63,553 nt of DNA, filler included, from Choristocarpus tenellus KU-1152 (GCA_964200185.2; 9 parts of 9 records of this genome joined end to end with filler, not necessarily neighbours in it); one strand, 5' to 3'. Positions 40,101 to 54,310 are shown, numbered from the whole stretch's first letter. Made by a program: numbers and translations. Notes: generated by a model not told the origin, from the sequence alone.

Positions 40101-43100
40101 GAATGCATGTAAGGGGTACAGAATAAGGTCTCCTTATCTGGTTCCATTGATTAATAGCAGGAGGGGAAATCACAAGAAAAGGGGGAGTAGAAAGTGAACT
40201 ATGGAGTGAGTAGGGTACGCAAAAGTCTGCTGAAAGATGCACAGGGAGGGTGGAGGATAATAGGGAGAGTACGCATGAGGCGGTTACCATGTGGGGGAAA
40301 TAACTTTTCACAGTCCAAAAGTACTCTAGTATGTAGCACCCTGGAGTAGTAAGGACCTTGGGAGAACAAAATCTGCGTCACGACAGCCATTGGAAGAAAT
40401 TTCAACATACTTGCAGCTCGGCACTATCTATCACCACCCTTTTCCCAGCAGTATATCAGTTACAATCCTATCTGAGACTGGATCTAATAAGAACTCCTTG
40501 TCAATTACTATAGAGAGTAATCATCATACACTTGCCCCAACATACTTCTGTGTAGGACTGAGCCCGGTTCACAGGCATTCTTCATGGTCCTAAATCCCTT
40601 CACTAAATTGTGAAGCAACTGTTTTGTGTGGAGGCAAAGAGAACTCCAGAATTTTTCATAATGTTGGGATAACCTTAGTCCACCACATACAGTACGATGA
40701 CACCAATGAGAACAGTGAAAATGAGCCCAGTTCTCCGTTCACCATCCAAACAAACCACTGTGAAAAGTCCAGTCTTCAGCTACAAAGTGCTGTGCTCAGT
40801 GTGCCGCAGTGTCAGAGACCTACAATGTTAAGCTATGTGCAACACCCCATCTCTGAATGAATTCAACTTGTGTCCCTCTATTCATTTACTCCACCTCATC
40901 AGAACCGTCTAGTCAGTCTACATCTGCCCTTTCCACATCTGAACCTTGCCTCAAGCACCTTTGCAGTCAATTTGTCCACCCTCCGCCAACGACAAACCAC
41001 AACATAATGAGATCACAGACTACATAAGACAGTCCTTTGAAAAAGTAGCACAGAAATCCCTAGTCTCAACTCGGCAATATAACTTGCACAGGACCTTGTT
41101 TTCAAGGAATTGGAGACCTTTCGGGCTCATGTTCTGGCAATGCGGGTCGGGGGGGTGCAACAATCGCCACCCCCACTGCCTCCACTCCCTCCGCCACAAT
41201 CAACTCCTGCTGAGAAAATGGAGCCCACATGCGCTCAGCAACCATGGGATGATCAGCTCAAGGTTGCAGTGGCTGAAGCTATATCAGAGATGGAAACTGG
41301 GGTAAGAGGGAAGGAAACGAATGATCTCATGCTCTATGACGCCTCCAAAATTGTGCCTTTTGTAGTACTTGTGAGCAATGGGTTATGTATCGCCCGTCAG
41401 TAGGAGCGAGGTTTGAATTCTGCTCATTTTACCTTGAGAGGTGAGGTTGTTGCTGATTGTGCATTTGATCCTCTCTACAAATATATCCGTGTGCTCCCCA
41501 TTTCAATTACAACTTTCCTGTTTTTGTCCTGTTGTATTTGACACGCAATGTTCCTATTCAATTGGTGTTCCAGTGGCATGCACTCGACCAATGATTTATT
41601 TGCTTTTTAAGAAAGGGAGCTGTCATCTCTTGTTGCACATATACATGATTATATAGAAAGTGTTGCATCTCTTGACATGAAGATAAGCCTTTTTTATCAA
41701 CTGCTCCCCCCCCTCCCCAACACCTCACCTGGCAGCTGTGTGGTAAGATATTTGCTCAGGTGGTGGAAAGAATAACTGCTAACAGAGTTCATTCGGAACT
41801 CTCGGCCACAGCAGAGGACAACCCTACCCATGGGCATAGCCCTAACAAGATTAGTGTAGGGGAGGGTGACGAGAGTATATTTAGGGTTAGGACTACCTTC
41901 TCTTCTGGCCCTTCCGACTGGGAGGCGACCAAGGTGCTATTGGAAACGATCAACAAACAGGTTTCCGAGGTGAAGTTAGTAAAAGAAAAGGGTAAAGTAT
42001 AGGTAGGATGATGTTGTGAAGGTGTCTAAGCTGCCTCAATGGCATGCCTCCACTGTCCCTGGTAGACTCTGGTTCAGAGTAAGATGAAGGTAATAATGGC
42101 AACCAAGGGCTGATCACTGAGCAAGTTTTGTGGGTAGGTCTCATGTTTCAAACTCTAGCATCGGGTAGGAGCTGCACTGGATTGTTTAGAATTTAGGAGG
42201 GGGGGGGAAGTTGGTAGAGATTTCAGTTTCAAGTGAAGGTGGCGTCACATGTACTTCGTATACCTTACAGTGGACTGATAATCTGCTCTTCTAGAACCTT
42301 CTCTGGGAGGCCTAAACCACACATGCTCGCACAGCGAGAGAGGGAGAGAGAGACAGTGTACCCTTCTTTCTACATTGGACAGGTGCAACTTCTGGTAGAA
42401 GAGCATTCCTCCATTCTAGTGTCGCTACAGGATGAACTTGGGATGCCGAGAACAAACACATCTGAAGCTGTACGTGGAGAGAACTTTGCATCTGGATGCG
42501 AGGAGAGGCACTCCACTGTGAAGGACCGCATTGTATCACTAGAGCAATCCCTGGCCGAGCGTTTGTCAGGCCTTGAACTCGAGCTGAAGGAGAAGCACGC
42601 ATCTTTGCAAGGGGCGCTGCAGGATGAGCTGAGAATAGCAAACAGCAAAAACAACTCTGACACCGAACATGGAGGGTTCTTTGATGGCCACAAGGGAAGT
42701 CGTTTCACGTTTGGAGACCACATTGCATCTTTGGAGCAATCCCTGAGCAAACGGTTGTCTGACCTTGAGAGCGACCTGAGGGAGAGACTGGAAGAGCTGG
42801 ATGGGGTGCAGAGAGCCCATGAGAATGATGCCGTGGAAACCAGGGACCTCATTGAGCAGGTGTGGCACAGGCTTCAACATTTCAAACTTATATGATGACT
42901 CAGTCAGTCTAGGAGCTATTTGCAACAGATGAACAGCAGTGTTGTTTATCGTTGCAGTGGAATTGCTATGATCCAATTGATTTGAGACCAAACAAAACCT
43001 ACAACCAAGGGGGACCTTTAGATTGGTTACTATCTGTGCAATTGTACACTGCCTACCCTGCTTGAGGAGCCCGGCAATGGGTCAATTCGTGTGCAGCGTG

Positions 43101-44831
43101 TATATATTTCGATTGTAGTCGAGTACATTGAAATTTCCCCAGTTCAGCTTAACTTATACTCATAAATGCTTTCAATTTCAGAACCCCTATTAGAATGCCT
43201 GATGTACTTCTGCTTGTCAAAACCCTTTCAAGTGGTCAAACTGTGTATGTATATGTGGTGGGGCTACCATGCACACAAGGCACTCACTAGTGAAAAATAC
43301 TGCCGCAATCACTCACAGACAGAGGCAATATACAACCTCTACAATTAAGTGCTCCGCTGATGTGCTTCAGATATTCTTGTAAAGTGCACTGTATAGGTAT
43401 GGCCAAGAGTTGGAGTAACCTGTTGAGAAAAAAAAGAATATTGATGACCTCCCGTTGATATAGTCACATCATTGCCCTCCACAAATATTGAAGTAGTTCT
43501 GCAACATTTTTTTTGTGTTTTGACCCCTGCAGTAGTGGTATAATATAATCTCTCGATCCCTTCCTTCAATGTAGAGAAGGGATAGCGATGATGTCCAAGC
43601 ACCGTGCATGACAGATATGTTTCCCCAGACTTCATGCTTCAGAAGTAAACATTGACCCGAAGTATACTAGAGGGGAGGTGGATTATGGCCATTTTGTTGT
43701 TTTGATGGACTAACAAAATGTGATTCCTCTCTGACAACACCCCATGCTCATGACCCAGATTGAGGTAACCCCGATCCATAGTCTAGGGATGTAGAAGAAA
43801 CGACCATGTGGATAGAAGTTTTGTCGTTGGATTGGACCGTGTAGGGAGGTAAAGATGCATGAACAATGGTATCCTCCTCTAGAATACTTTGACTCGTTTC
43901 AACTCTCCCATGTAGTCCCCTGTTTACGTAGAAAGATACATCCACTTGAGAAGCATTGAACATATCAGCTCCCCCTGCCACTGCGATTTGTTATTTATTT
44001 TTCTCAACTGCTTTTACTTAGACTTCGCAAGATGCTTCGGACAGAATCTATGCTATGTTGGACTTGTCATTACGCGGCTTGCAGGATAGGCTCAAGGCGG
44101 TGAGTGTATTTTGTAGATTATTTATATTTTTGTTGCTTTTGGATTGATGTTCTCGTTATTATCACTCGTATGGACACCATACGCCACTGTCCTTCTAGAA
44201 GGTGAATGTGGTTGCGCTGAACTACCCCCCAAAGCACTGTATTTAATTCTTCAACAATAGTAAACTGACGCAGTGCTCATAGCATTCAAGTTCATGAGTT
44301 TGTTGCGTTGCAGTTGTGAAGCACTCTTCTATTTCAGAAAATTCTTGAGTGTAGCATTGTGAAGATGCAAATGCAATTTGGTTCCTTTGGTTTGCATACA
44401 CTGGTATTCCTCCCTGTTCTATCTGCTGATATATACTTCTTTCTCATTGCATTGAAAAGTTCTAAATAGAATTAGTTAGAGTGATAAGAATTATTAATCA
44501 TAAGAACAACAAAGATCATAGTAAAAATAATTGTAGCATATATGTAAGAAAGGGTGAAGGGTAAGATACAGAAACCAACCTCTGCACAAGGTGAACCTCA
44601 ACCTGTATGTCTTGTTGAGTTCACTGGATGTTTTCACAGTTCAACATCACCTACCACCTAATTTGATGTACTACTATCAGAAAAGGTTTTGCTATTACTA
44701 CTACTCAATAATCCAGTTACTTGTGAAATCTTAACAACTTTGATGAAAGTGCCAGTGACATCATCCCTACCCTTCTCGATCTTTGAAAAACTTCACGAAG
44801 GAGCTGTTCACCGTTTTCAAACACCGCAAAT

Positions 44832-44867
<36 letters not shown>

Positions 44868-46151
44868 CCTCCTCCAACTCTAATGAATGCTCTTTGAAAA
44901 AACAGCTGGAAGAGCCCAAGCGGTTCTTGGATGCGTCTTCCACATCAGAGGGGCAACTCCTAGCAGTCTCTGCTGATGTGAAGAGACTTGCTAGTGCTGT
45001 GAACAACCTGTCAGCCAAGGAAGTCTCAACATGCGAAAGGTTTTCATAGATCCCTGATAGACGGGCAGGAGGAATAAGTACACTTTCCTAGGCATAGAAA
45101 TGGGGTGGAGAGCGTGGTGTCCTATTGAGGGAAAGGGAACCATTTTTTTTTTCTGTTGAGCCAAAGTATTTTAGAGTTTACAGTCGCGTCCATTTGGGGG
45201 CCAAAATCCAATACTGCAATTTTGATGTAATTTTGGCTATTGTGTTTGTTAGGAAGTGTCAATATCCTTGTTCCGGGCACAGCTTTTCATAATGTACACA
45301 TTTTACCTTATCTGAGATATTTTGGAGTAGGAAAGTGTCATAAAAACCCGAGGGAAGTCAAGCCCCAAATGGATAAACAGGGCAAAACTCGTACCCTCTA
45401 AGATACTTTCACTTGTTGTGAGCTTTGTTTAGCATCATTCTATGATATTGTGGCTTTACCTGTTGAAGAAGTCAAAGATTTCCAGAACTCATCTTCTGAT
45501 TAGCGAAACATCCCCACAGAAAGGGAGCAACCAGTCGATATTTGCAAAAAATTCATGCACTGAATGTAGCTCTTGTAAAGATTGTCTCCCCTGTTATTAG
45601 CATTTGGAGCTGTTTGTGACTGCTCACTCCTGGTTGAGCAAATTGTATGTTTAACTACATATTACTGTCCCCAACTTATCTTAATGGGTACTTCACAGAG
45701 GAGAACAAATTATTCAATGTCAGAGAGCAATTATCTACATGTTGGGCACGTTCCTGGCACTCTGATGTCAACTGTAGCCAGTTCAACAGTCTAGAGTATA
45801 AAGGGGCGCCGAAAGGTCCTTCTGAGAAACGTAAAGAGTGCATCCTATTATTCAAGTGTGTAAACGTATGAACAAAGAACTTGGAATAGAGGGACAGGCA
45901 GGGGCCAATCTGCAGTCCATAGCAGAGCGAAGTAGATTGATAAAATAACAGCACACTAACGCCTTGTAGGTCTTGTTAATGCAGCATCTCTATCATTTGC
46001 CCTGCCACTGCCCGTACTCACCCAGGATGAGTGAGCTGGAGGAGGGCTTGAACGAGCATAAGTTAAAGCTCCTGTTGATAGAACAGCTATCCCGAAAGCT
46101 CAAGACGCACTCTGGAGAGGGAGAAGGGGATCAAGTTGTTAGGGAGCTAAG
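37173..46151 (+). CDS. Uncharacterised coiled-coil protein, ten exons, 3' end not found (probably in or after the gap)
   Basis: Stop-free, phase-consistent exons 37173-37276, 37567-37720, 39294-39466, 39673-39904 (GC donor), 41107-41301, 41760-41960 (or 41969), 42383-42859, 44022-44099, 44906-45039 and 46026-46151. Heptad-rich (YEERLKNVEGKLAE; IVSLEQSLAERLSGLELELKEK). The first two exons are less certain. Confidence 0.75.
38433..38690 (+). mobile_element. MITE family B, intronic, 4-bp TSD AGGA
   Basis: agga|gagtgaaagtatcttagagggtac...gtaccctctaagatactttggctc|agga. Confidence 0.92.
45158..45413 (-). mobile_element. MITE family B, intronic, TSD TGTT (terminal C missing)
   Basis: tgtt|gagccaaagtattttagag...gtaccctctaagatactttcact|tgtt. 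Confidence 0.88.
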
Positions 46152-47466
46152 GTAAGGAAATGAGATCCTGCACCTACTCTACAGTAGTGGCAATGGTAGC
46201 AGGGCGATTTGCCTTGATAAGGGTACTATAACTGTGTGTGGATATCATCTACAGAGAAGCGAATGGATGATGGAGGTTGATGAACTTGAATTGATCATCC
46301 AATTAAAACCTTTGTTATTGGCTCTAAGCCAATCATCACCCAGAGTACAGAGAATAAACTCGTGTCAGCTCCTTGTAGATGTCTAGCTCTGCAGAGGAAT
46401 TGTACATTTTCGTTAGCTCAAGTAAACTCTGCACTAGAACTACTGCTAAAGAAGTGCAATCAACTCCCTGGCTTTGTTTTATCCATGATTTGGTGTGTTT
46501 TGAGATTGCTGAAACCCGAACTGCACTGTCAACTTCAAACTACCAGACTTTGTAATGTGCTACTACAGCGAAGAAAAGCAATGGTTGAGTAGATATAGCC
46601 CTGACCCAAAGTATCTGGGGTGTGTGGGGGGGGGGTCTACACCAGGTGTCCATTTCGATCAAAATCAGGAAAAGTGAATTTACATTATCCATCCNNNNNN
46701 NNNNNNNNNNNNNNNNNNNNNNNNNNNNNNNNNNNNNNTTAATTAATTAANNNNNNNNNNNNNNNNNNNNNNNNNNNNNNNNNNNNNNNNNNNNGCTAAT
46801 CGGTACAGAAAATAAAAAAAAAAAAAATTAACGTGGTTGTGCCCTGCCCCCCCCCCCCCCCCCCAAAGGTGAGCCTTTTAAGCGAAAGGTTGGAAAGGGG
46901 GAACACAGTGAGCTGTGTTGTTGTTCTGAAAGGTCAGGGACATCACTTCTCCTTGGGTGGAGATAAGGATGCTAAAACTCAGGTCTGGGATGAGAGGAGA
47001 GGTTAGAGTTGACTGTGACGCTCTTTAGTCCTTTTCATGGTTTGGAATGTAGTAGTAGTAGTAGTGTATGTATTAGGGTTAGGACTCTACATACACTCTG
47101 CGTGCTCTGTAGCTGGAGGGTGTTATAGACGCCTGTCTATGTATTGACTATGATAAGATTTGTATTGAATAGATTTGTGTTTGTCTAATATTTGAATTGA
47201 GCATTGAAATATTTGCATTGAATAGATTTGTGTGTGTGCTGTCTGTAATGCTCTACATAGTCTTCTGGGTTTGAAAGGGTATTTTCTTGTGCAATTATGG
47301 CAGTGCATGGAAGGTCAAGAGCATAGAAGGATCTAACAACACAATACAATGTGGTTTCAAATATGATACGCACTACTACAAGGTGTACCCTAATTGGGCA
47401 GTTGGTCCCCCTCCCCCTTGCCCACCTCTAATTGGCCACTCTAATTTATGTTTCCTTATTTGTTAG

Positions 47467-50400
47467 ACCACAAAGGAAGCAGAGGATCTTATGAGAGGAT
47501 GGCTATGCACTCATGTGAATCCACAATCTGGGAAGTGGGAAGTTGGCAGGTATAGAGTCCCGGGGGGGGGGGGACACAGCGAGCATTGTCATCGTTGAAG
47601 TTTGATTCATTTGAGTGGTATGGAGGACTTCAAGGGGATGAGCACTTGTTTTCCTGGTAGACAGAGTTCACACACTGCGTTGAGTCAAAACATGGTAAAA
47701 AAAATATAAACGACCCTCCCTTTAATTAATTTTGTCGAGATTTTTTGTGATTGAGCACAACCTAGGAACCTACAAACTAGACTCATGGTCGATTTTTTTT
47801 TTTTACTTTTTTATAATTATTTCTTTGTATAAATTTGGTCGTTTTGCCCTACCTGTCTTTTTATTTGAAGAAACTACTGCTGCCTGTTGATCTTATTATT
47901 ATTTTTATTATGTTATGTCCATTGGTGTGCGTGTTGTCTTGGAGAGATGTAACAGCAGAGCCTGTGTTGCTTTTTATTTATTTGAATAATTATTATTATT
48001 ATTATATATGCTACTTTGTTTTTTTTTCTTATAATTTATCGATCATATATGTTACTTGATAATATAATTTAGTGTTACCTTGAGTAGTAATTTTTTTTGA
48101 AGGTTGAAAAGCTCCAAATCCTATTACCGACATTGTTTTTGTTTCACGCCTTCAAATCTCTACGACAGCCCCCAACTCTTTACAGTAGTTACATTTATAC
48201 CTAACCCTGAATTCCGACTGGGCCCTTTCTCCATATCTACACTACACACATATATTTGTTGGATATTCTTTGCAACAATTTTGATTGGTCAAATGAAGGT
48301 TGACACAGCGGCCACCAGTGGAAAGCGATTGGTGGCCAGACGGTTGGGGGAGTCGTTTTTGTAGTGTGGGACTAGAAGGGTGGGAGAGGGCAAGGGAGAA
48401 ATGGCAAGTTCAACATCGCCCAAGGTGAATGAATACTTTTATTGGGAAGAATGATACATACATACATATTTATTTATGTTTGTGTGTATATACATCGACT
48501 CTCCTCCTGTTTTTTCTTTTTGTTTGTAATTGATTTTTTGTGTTGTTGTTGGTGATGGATTAGGACACTCTCTCTTTTTGTTTTCGTGATTGTGTTAACC
48601 TGCTTTAATGATTGTAATAGTGATAATTATAGTGATGAGTGTGGTGCCACTGCAAACATTTTTGTGTTTGTTAAGGACTTTCCACACGTGTATGTATATT
48701 TAAGGTAGCAGCGAAGTAGGATGTAGCCTGCAGTTATGTTTGTCTTATTTGTTTGTGTAGACCTCTCTCTGCATGTGTAGAGATGATGGTGATGCATTGT
48801 GATGCTGCTGCAAATTTTATTATTTTGTTTAGAGCTCCCTTTTATTTTATTTTTTTGAGTGATGGATAATGATGTTTGTGTTTTTGTTTTCTTTTAGTAT
48901 ACTTCATCTTGTACTATTCATGGCATGCATGGAATTTATTTTGTTGAAGGAATATTGCTGCATTTTGTGGAGACTTTTCTGCCCTGTGGCGGGTTTGTTT
49001 TGTGGCTGAAAAATAAAAATAGAAGTGGGGATGTCATAGATGCGCTTTTTTAATAGGGTAACACAAGTGGGAGGCGTTTGTTTCTTCGTGCTGAGAACTT
49101 TCTGGTTTGTTTGTAGAGGAGTATGTTTTGCCTCTGGCATGTTCAGAATTCGAACTTGGCATATGATCAAGCTCTAGAAGCCCCAAATTCATACATCAAA
49201 CATCTCGGACAATGATGCCCCTGAATGGTAGTGATGCCCTTGAACCTTGGAGCATATTCGACCCGTGGTAGATACTATCCAGTACAATGTTGGGATCGAT
49301 TTGCTCTATGTTGTCTGTTGTCTGGAAAATAACTTTCGGTTTTCTTTTCGCTTATTATTATTCCGAAAATCGGTGGGTTCCCCACATTATTATTCTTCCT
49401 AATTATTTTCTTTAGGATAGAAATTTAGGATTGGAAAAAAAAAATGTAGAAGATTGTATGCAAAGGAAAGATGTATATATATAATATATATATATCGATT
49501 AATTGAACTCACACTTGTTGTCTGATTTCCCTCAACAACACTTGGATTTGTTTGGCATGTATTGCCTAGTGCCCGATACAGTTGCTGGGTTGTGTGCCTT
49601 ACAATGTCTCTTGCCCGGACAATGCTTTGTTGTTTGTAACACTGAAGTATTTCAATTTTGTTATGCAAGCATTTCATTGCCTGAGTGTGCATGCATACAT
49701 TAATGCGTACATACATACACACATACATTGCTGCTGCTGTTCATAAGGCCAGCACACCCACCTCGAGTGCCTTACCACGTTGTGGTGGAAGGTCTTGCAG
49801 CCACCAGACGGACTTTCGAGCTTCCTGGTCGCATGACCTTGCCTGAGATTATTGAGGTATGAGACGGAAATCGCAAATGACAGGAGATGCCTGTCACGGA
49901 TGAGTTACACGTAGGTCAGTTTTTCAGTTTGTCTGTTGTCTGTCTATGTGGCGCCTGATTATTGGCTGGTTGATCTATGGGGCATTGGCTAGGTTGTCTT
50001 GACATTTGAGGAGATTGTGGTGGATGGGTGGATTGGATCAACAGATGGGAAGTAGTTTAGTCATCAGACTTCGGTGTCTACCGCTGGTTTTGTAGTGAAG
50101 TAGTAGATGTAGTTTGAAGGATGAGGAATTGTTTTCATGAACATAAGTATCTTTTGGAGAGTGATGTGAATGATACGTAGACCATTGCATCGTGATAGAG
50201 TAGAATATCCTACACCATCTTCCTTGACAGCAATTTTGTCTTGGGACCTCGATGATCGTTTGCCTTTGTTTTGACCCACAGAGTTGTTGGTTGAATTTTG
50301 TTTACATGCAGTATTGCTCTGTTATCCTTGGCCCATGATTATGTCAGCACAGTCTCGCTGTACATCTTACTGATAGGGATGCAGGTCAACATATCGCAGT

Positions 50401-50603
50401 TTATTGTCCATGTTGATCTCCCTCACATAAATACACCAACTTTTCGCCTGTATAACTCACATGCAATTTTCTTGCTCCATTTTTGCATACACAGATTTTT
50501 TGTGTCCCTCTCACTGTGTGTGTGTGTATGTGTGTCTTTGTGTGTTTTGTTTTGTTTTCAACAGGTGTTCAACGATATCTGGGAGGTTGAAAACTCCATT
50601 TGA
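47467..50603 (+). CDS. DUF4050 / Gag1-like clamp domain protein, last four exons (5' end missing)
   Basis: Exons 47467-47549, 48299-48424, 49748-49856 and 50565-50603 splice in phase to ...FCSVGLEGWERAREKWQVQHRPRPAHPPRVPYHVVVEGLAATRRTFELPGRMTLPEIIEVFNDIWEVENSI*. This matches the GLxxWxxxRxxW...F..P..LxExxxxxxDIW pattern of DUF4050. Confidence 0.8.
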
Positions 50604-50771
50604 TTTTCCATCACTGAGGGGCATGTAGGCAGGAGGGTAAATATAATACCCGGCCTAGTCAGTTTTGTTCACCCCTCAGGTCACTACAAACTATCCTCGT
50701 TTTTCCATCATGTTTGTTGGTTATGTTGGTGCTGTTATGTCTGGTGATGCGCATCGGTGCCTCATTTCTTA

Positions 50772-50802
<31 letters not shown>

Positions 50803-50812
50803 CTGCTGCTGC
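50772..50812. repeat. (GCTGTT)n/(GCT)n microsatellite; other SSRs: (GA)n ~40078-40102, (CT)n ~44833-44865, (TA)n ~60588 and ~60861
   Basis: Direct reading. Confidence 0.9.
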
Positions 50813-52350
50813 AGTCTGCACCTGAGCCTCTTTGCTCCTCTGCCCATGTATATGCTCAAGTCTCCCGCCTGTCTGGGTGTCCTTCTGGGGATACCTATTC
50901 ATGGTAGTGCAATGAGTGTGCTATGTAGTGGAGGCACAGAGGAGTGATAGATCGGTTCGGTTCCTGATGTTGCCCTTTTTACTGTTTGCCAGCCCCCCTG
51001 CCCTGTTGGCTTCTTGAAATCAAGCAAAGCTATGGGGTGAATAGTAGATTGTGACACGGGGTTGGTGTGTCTGTTCTAACATTCCTATCTCCAAATATGT
51101 AGAGGTACTGCTCTGTTGATTTTGGTTTTGGAATACCTTTTTGAGCAGCAGGGTCAGTCTGGAGTCGTTGTCTCGGACCCACTGCTCATTGCCGATTTAT
51201 TAGTTATGTTTGATGTGTGCTTCCTTCTAGCTTGGTCTTTTGAGGTGGTAGTAGTATGTGCTTGGTTAGTGATCATTCAATAGGATTCAGTTCAGTCGCA
51301 GTTGTGCTTTGAACACAGCCTAGTTGTTCAATGATGCTCCTTTTTTTTATGGCTTTTCTAGGGACAATTACCCAAATTAGTGTGACCAGGTGCTGTACTA
51401 GAGATTTCACAATGCTCAGCACACCAAAGAGTTGGTTCTCTGTTCTATTAGCTTGGGAAAGGTGTTGTAAATGCTAAAGGGTGTGGTGCATGGATGGATG
51501 CAGATGCGCGCCCATAGCTTGAGGAATATAATGAGATTTGGTAATGTGTTCAACTCTCTGGTTGTTCGTGCAGAGTCATTGAAGTTCAAGGAGGAGTGCG
51601 TTCAGTCAGTTGTGCGGGATGTGCTTTTGCCATGGTTTAATGCCTTCCAGCTCTTCGTTCAGCGGGTGTGTGCTTTTGTTGTCTTTTTGTTAGTAAGAGT
51701 ATGCTTGCTGCGATCTATCCGTATCCTACGCATGATGTGCAAAGGTTGACCATGTGCATGGCAGGGGCTGAGATGATTGTGATGAAGAATTGGCCCTGTA
51801 GCCAAATGTTTGGAATGGCATTGCTGGTGAACAGACAAGTGGTTGAAGGCTCAAGGAGTGAGGAGGGTGAAGGGGGTCACTAAGGAGGGGTGTCTATCAG
51901 AAGGAATCTGAAGGTCAAATTGTATATTAAAAGACATCAACTTGTACAGAGGTAGGGGGAGTTGTTGTCAGGTGAATGTTCTCGATGCTTTCCTTTCATC
52001 TTTAGCTTCCGTTGCTGCATGGAGTTGTAAAGATATTTTTGAGGACAGTGGGGGGGGGGGCAGCAGGGAGACGAAGCGGTACCAATGGTGTTCATAAAAA
52101 GATTTTTTGCAATAATGCAGTGTGTACTTTTTGATACAGGTGTGGATAGTCTCTGGAGCTATTAATTAGGAAATATTGTTGCTGGAGGGGATTTTTTTGT
52201 GGCACTGCATGGCTGAAGAAAGGAGGAAATCTTGCTTCCGGTCTGAGACTTGTTGGTTGGTTTCTGTGAATATCGCCACCTGGTGGGTTTCCGCTCAATG
52301 CATATGATACTGAAGCAGTGGGTGCAGTGCGGGAGTGTTTTTTTCAACCT
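50800..52350 (+). mobile_element. Decayed CRE-like non-LTR retrotransposon relics
   Basis: Weak ordered relics SGCPSGDTY (~50875) and REL-like VPMVF...VLFDTGVDSL...HG*RKEE (~52080-52230). Confidence 0.4.
51552..51665 (+). pseudogene. IARS1: Orphan exon fragment of cytosolic isoleucyl-tRNA synthetase
   Basis: NSLVVRAESLKFKEECVQSVVRDVLLPWFNAFQLFVQ versus the conserved IleRS segment NSPVVRAExLxFKExGVxxVxxDVxLPWxNAxRFxxQ. Followed by a GT donor-like site; no other IleRS exons recognised. Confidence 0.8.
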
Positions 52351-53399
52351 TACGTGGCCGTTTCTACTGCTATTTTATTTGCGGTCTACTTGAATCCCCA
52401 GGAGTATGACGTGTAATAGTGCAGTTCGTATGTTTTGCTTGTGGTGCATTTGTACTTCAAAGTATTGAAGTGCTGGGTAATAAGCACTCGAAGTGCCAAA
52501 CCATAGCACAGGGTGATGTGCTTCTGGTGCCGCTTGTGTGTGTATGGCCGTCCTTTCACTCCCTCCATTTTATGTGCATAGTTGAAAGGTATGATTAGTG
52601 ATATGTGTGGTAACGATCATAGTGGTCCATGTTTATCTACTGATTTATCATTGTCCCAGAGGGGACGAGGGTTGGCAGTGTAGTCCTCGTTGGACATCTG
52701 TTCACCCACGAATTGTTGTGATTGATGTTCCTGTTGTTGAACTCAGAAACGGTTTTCGTGTCTGACTATCTCTTCTCTCCAAAGATGAGAGACCTCTCCT
52801 CAGTTTGTCCCTCACCTTCGTAAGTAGTGACCTCGCCTCAATGCTGCCCACTAGTTCACCAACAATACCATCTGGGGATGAGGTCATCTTGAATCCTTAG
52901 TACAGACAGGTTCTCTAGATAAATAGTACCTTGCTTGATTTTTTTTTTCGCAAGGTTGACCTGTTGAAAGGACAGTGGAAATTTATGGATAATGTCTCAC
53001 GGCTCGACCTTTCCATTAATTATTAGAGTATACTGCCTCACCCGAACCGCGGTTTTGGCCAGAAATTTGATAAAGTAGCCTGGGACCAAACCTTTCAGAA
53101 ACATCACCTTCAAGAAATACAACTTTTATCAAACCAGGCCACAGCCCAGACGTGATTTGGCACAAATCTCAGCAGCCCCGCACATCACCTTTCAAAGATC
53201 TATACAATCAGGCAGATTTTTGAACCAAACCTTTCGTAAACCGTTTTTATAGAACTGACCCAGTCAAAATACATCATGCCCACACCTCCTGACTCACCAT
53301 TGACCAATGAGTGTTCCAGTCAAGCGGATCCGATCTGACGGCAAGGAAGGGGAATAAAATATTAGATTTCGTAATTGGCACACACACATTTTCACAGTG

Positions 53400-54310
53400 C
53401 ATGGATTGTCAGAACGAAGATCCATTCCTTCTCCTCCTGTCGTATTGCTAACCAATTCTGACACATTTGTTTTTACCTGAGATTTCTGTTCTGTTTGATT
53501 CGCCCCAACGGAACTTGAGATGCTGGGTCAAGATCTGTAAAACTCGGCACCCCTTGTTTTTTGAAGAGTTCACTCTGGCGATTGCCATTGCCCCACCCGT
53601 GCAGTGAACCAACTAGTCTTGTATATGGGATTTGTGTTACAAAACGCTCCACAGCTTTCCTTCATGGGATGTGTAGCTTCAATCCACAAGCCTGTAGGCA
53701 GAAGTTGAGGCTCGGAGAGGACACCTGTGACGTATCAATAGCCTGACATGTTCCAATACACTCTCCTATATTGGAGATAACTAGTAGTATACATGAAGAG
53801 TCAGTATGCAAGAGTTGTTAGTTGGTCAACCCATATTTGCTCTTGTATATGAATGGATGGATAGGAATTGACTCTATTGACCGTGCTGCTTTAATTTTCG
53901 CTCCTATCCATATGTGAGTCGGGAAATACTTAATCACAATATATTGAACCCTACGTTTACTTCAAGTACCTATCATGTCTTCGGGTGGAGAAAGGACACC
54001 AGTCCATGGTTAGGGTCGAGTGATGCCCCACTTGCTGAAGATCGTCTTGAATAACTTTCCTCTATTATGGAGGGTTTACTTATGGCGATATTGGAATTAC
54101 AGCAAGACAAGGACTGTCGTTTTCAGACGGAGTTTAGTATTGGAGTTGGCGGTGGGGACCATCCCGCCATCCTGGTCGCTGTGTCCAGCACGCAGCCTCA
54201 AGCTGGTTGTGTACCAGCCAAAGTCGGGCCCAGATCATCCATACTGGGTGAAGGGTTCAGAAATAAGATAGTCGATCGTTCCTGCCCAGCAGATGAATCT
54301 TTCCATCTCT
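53400..54310 (-). pseudogene. Decayed coding-like sequence, family not recognised
   Basis: Frame MERFICWAGTIDYLISEPFTQYG*SGPDFGWYTTSLRL...KLFKTIFSKWGITRP with scattered stops. Confidence 0.3.

Noticed and set aside
46026-47549. Joining the coiled-coil gene to the DUF4050 exons as one gene
   Set aside because: The phases do not match directly, and an assembly gap separates them.
49178-49267. Possible extra exon (SPKFIHQ...PWSIFDP) in the DUF4050 gene
   Set aside because: The flanking exons already join in phase to give a compact domain, and no homology supports it; it cannot be excluded as an alternative exon.
50659-50947. Poly-Gln and poly-Cys ORFs
   Set aside because: These are translations of a microsatellite.
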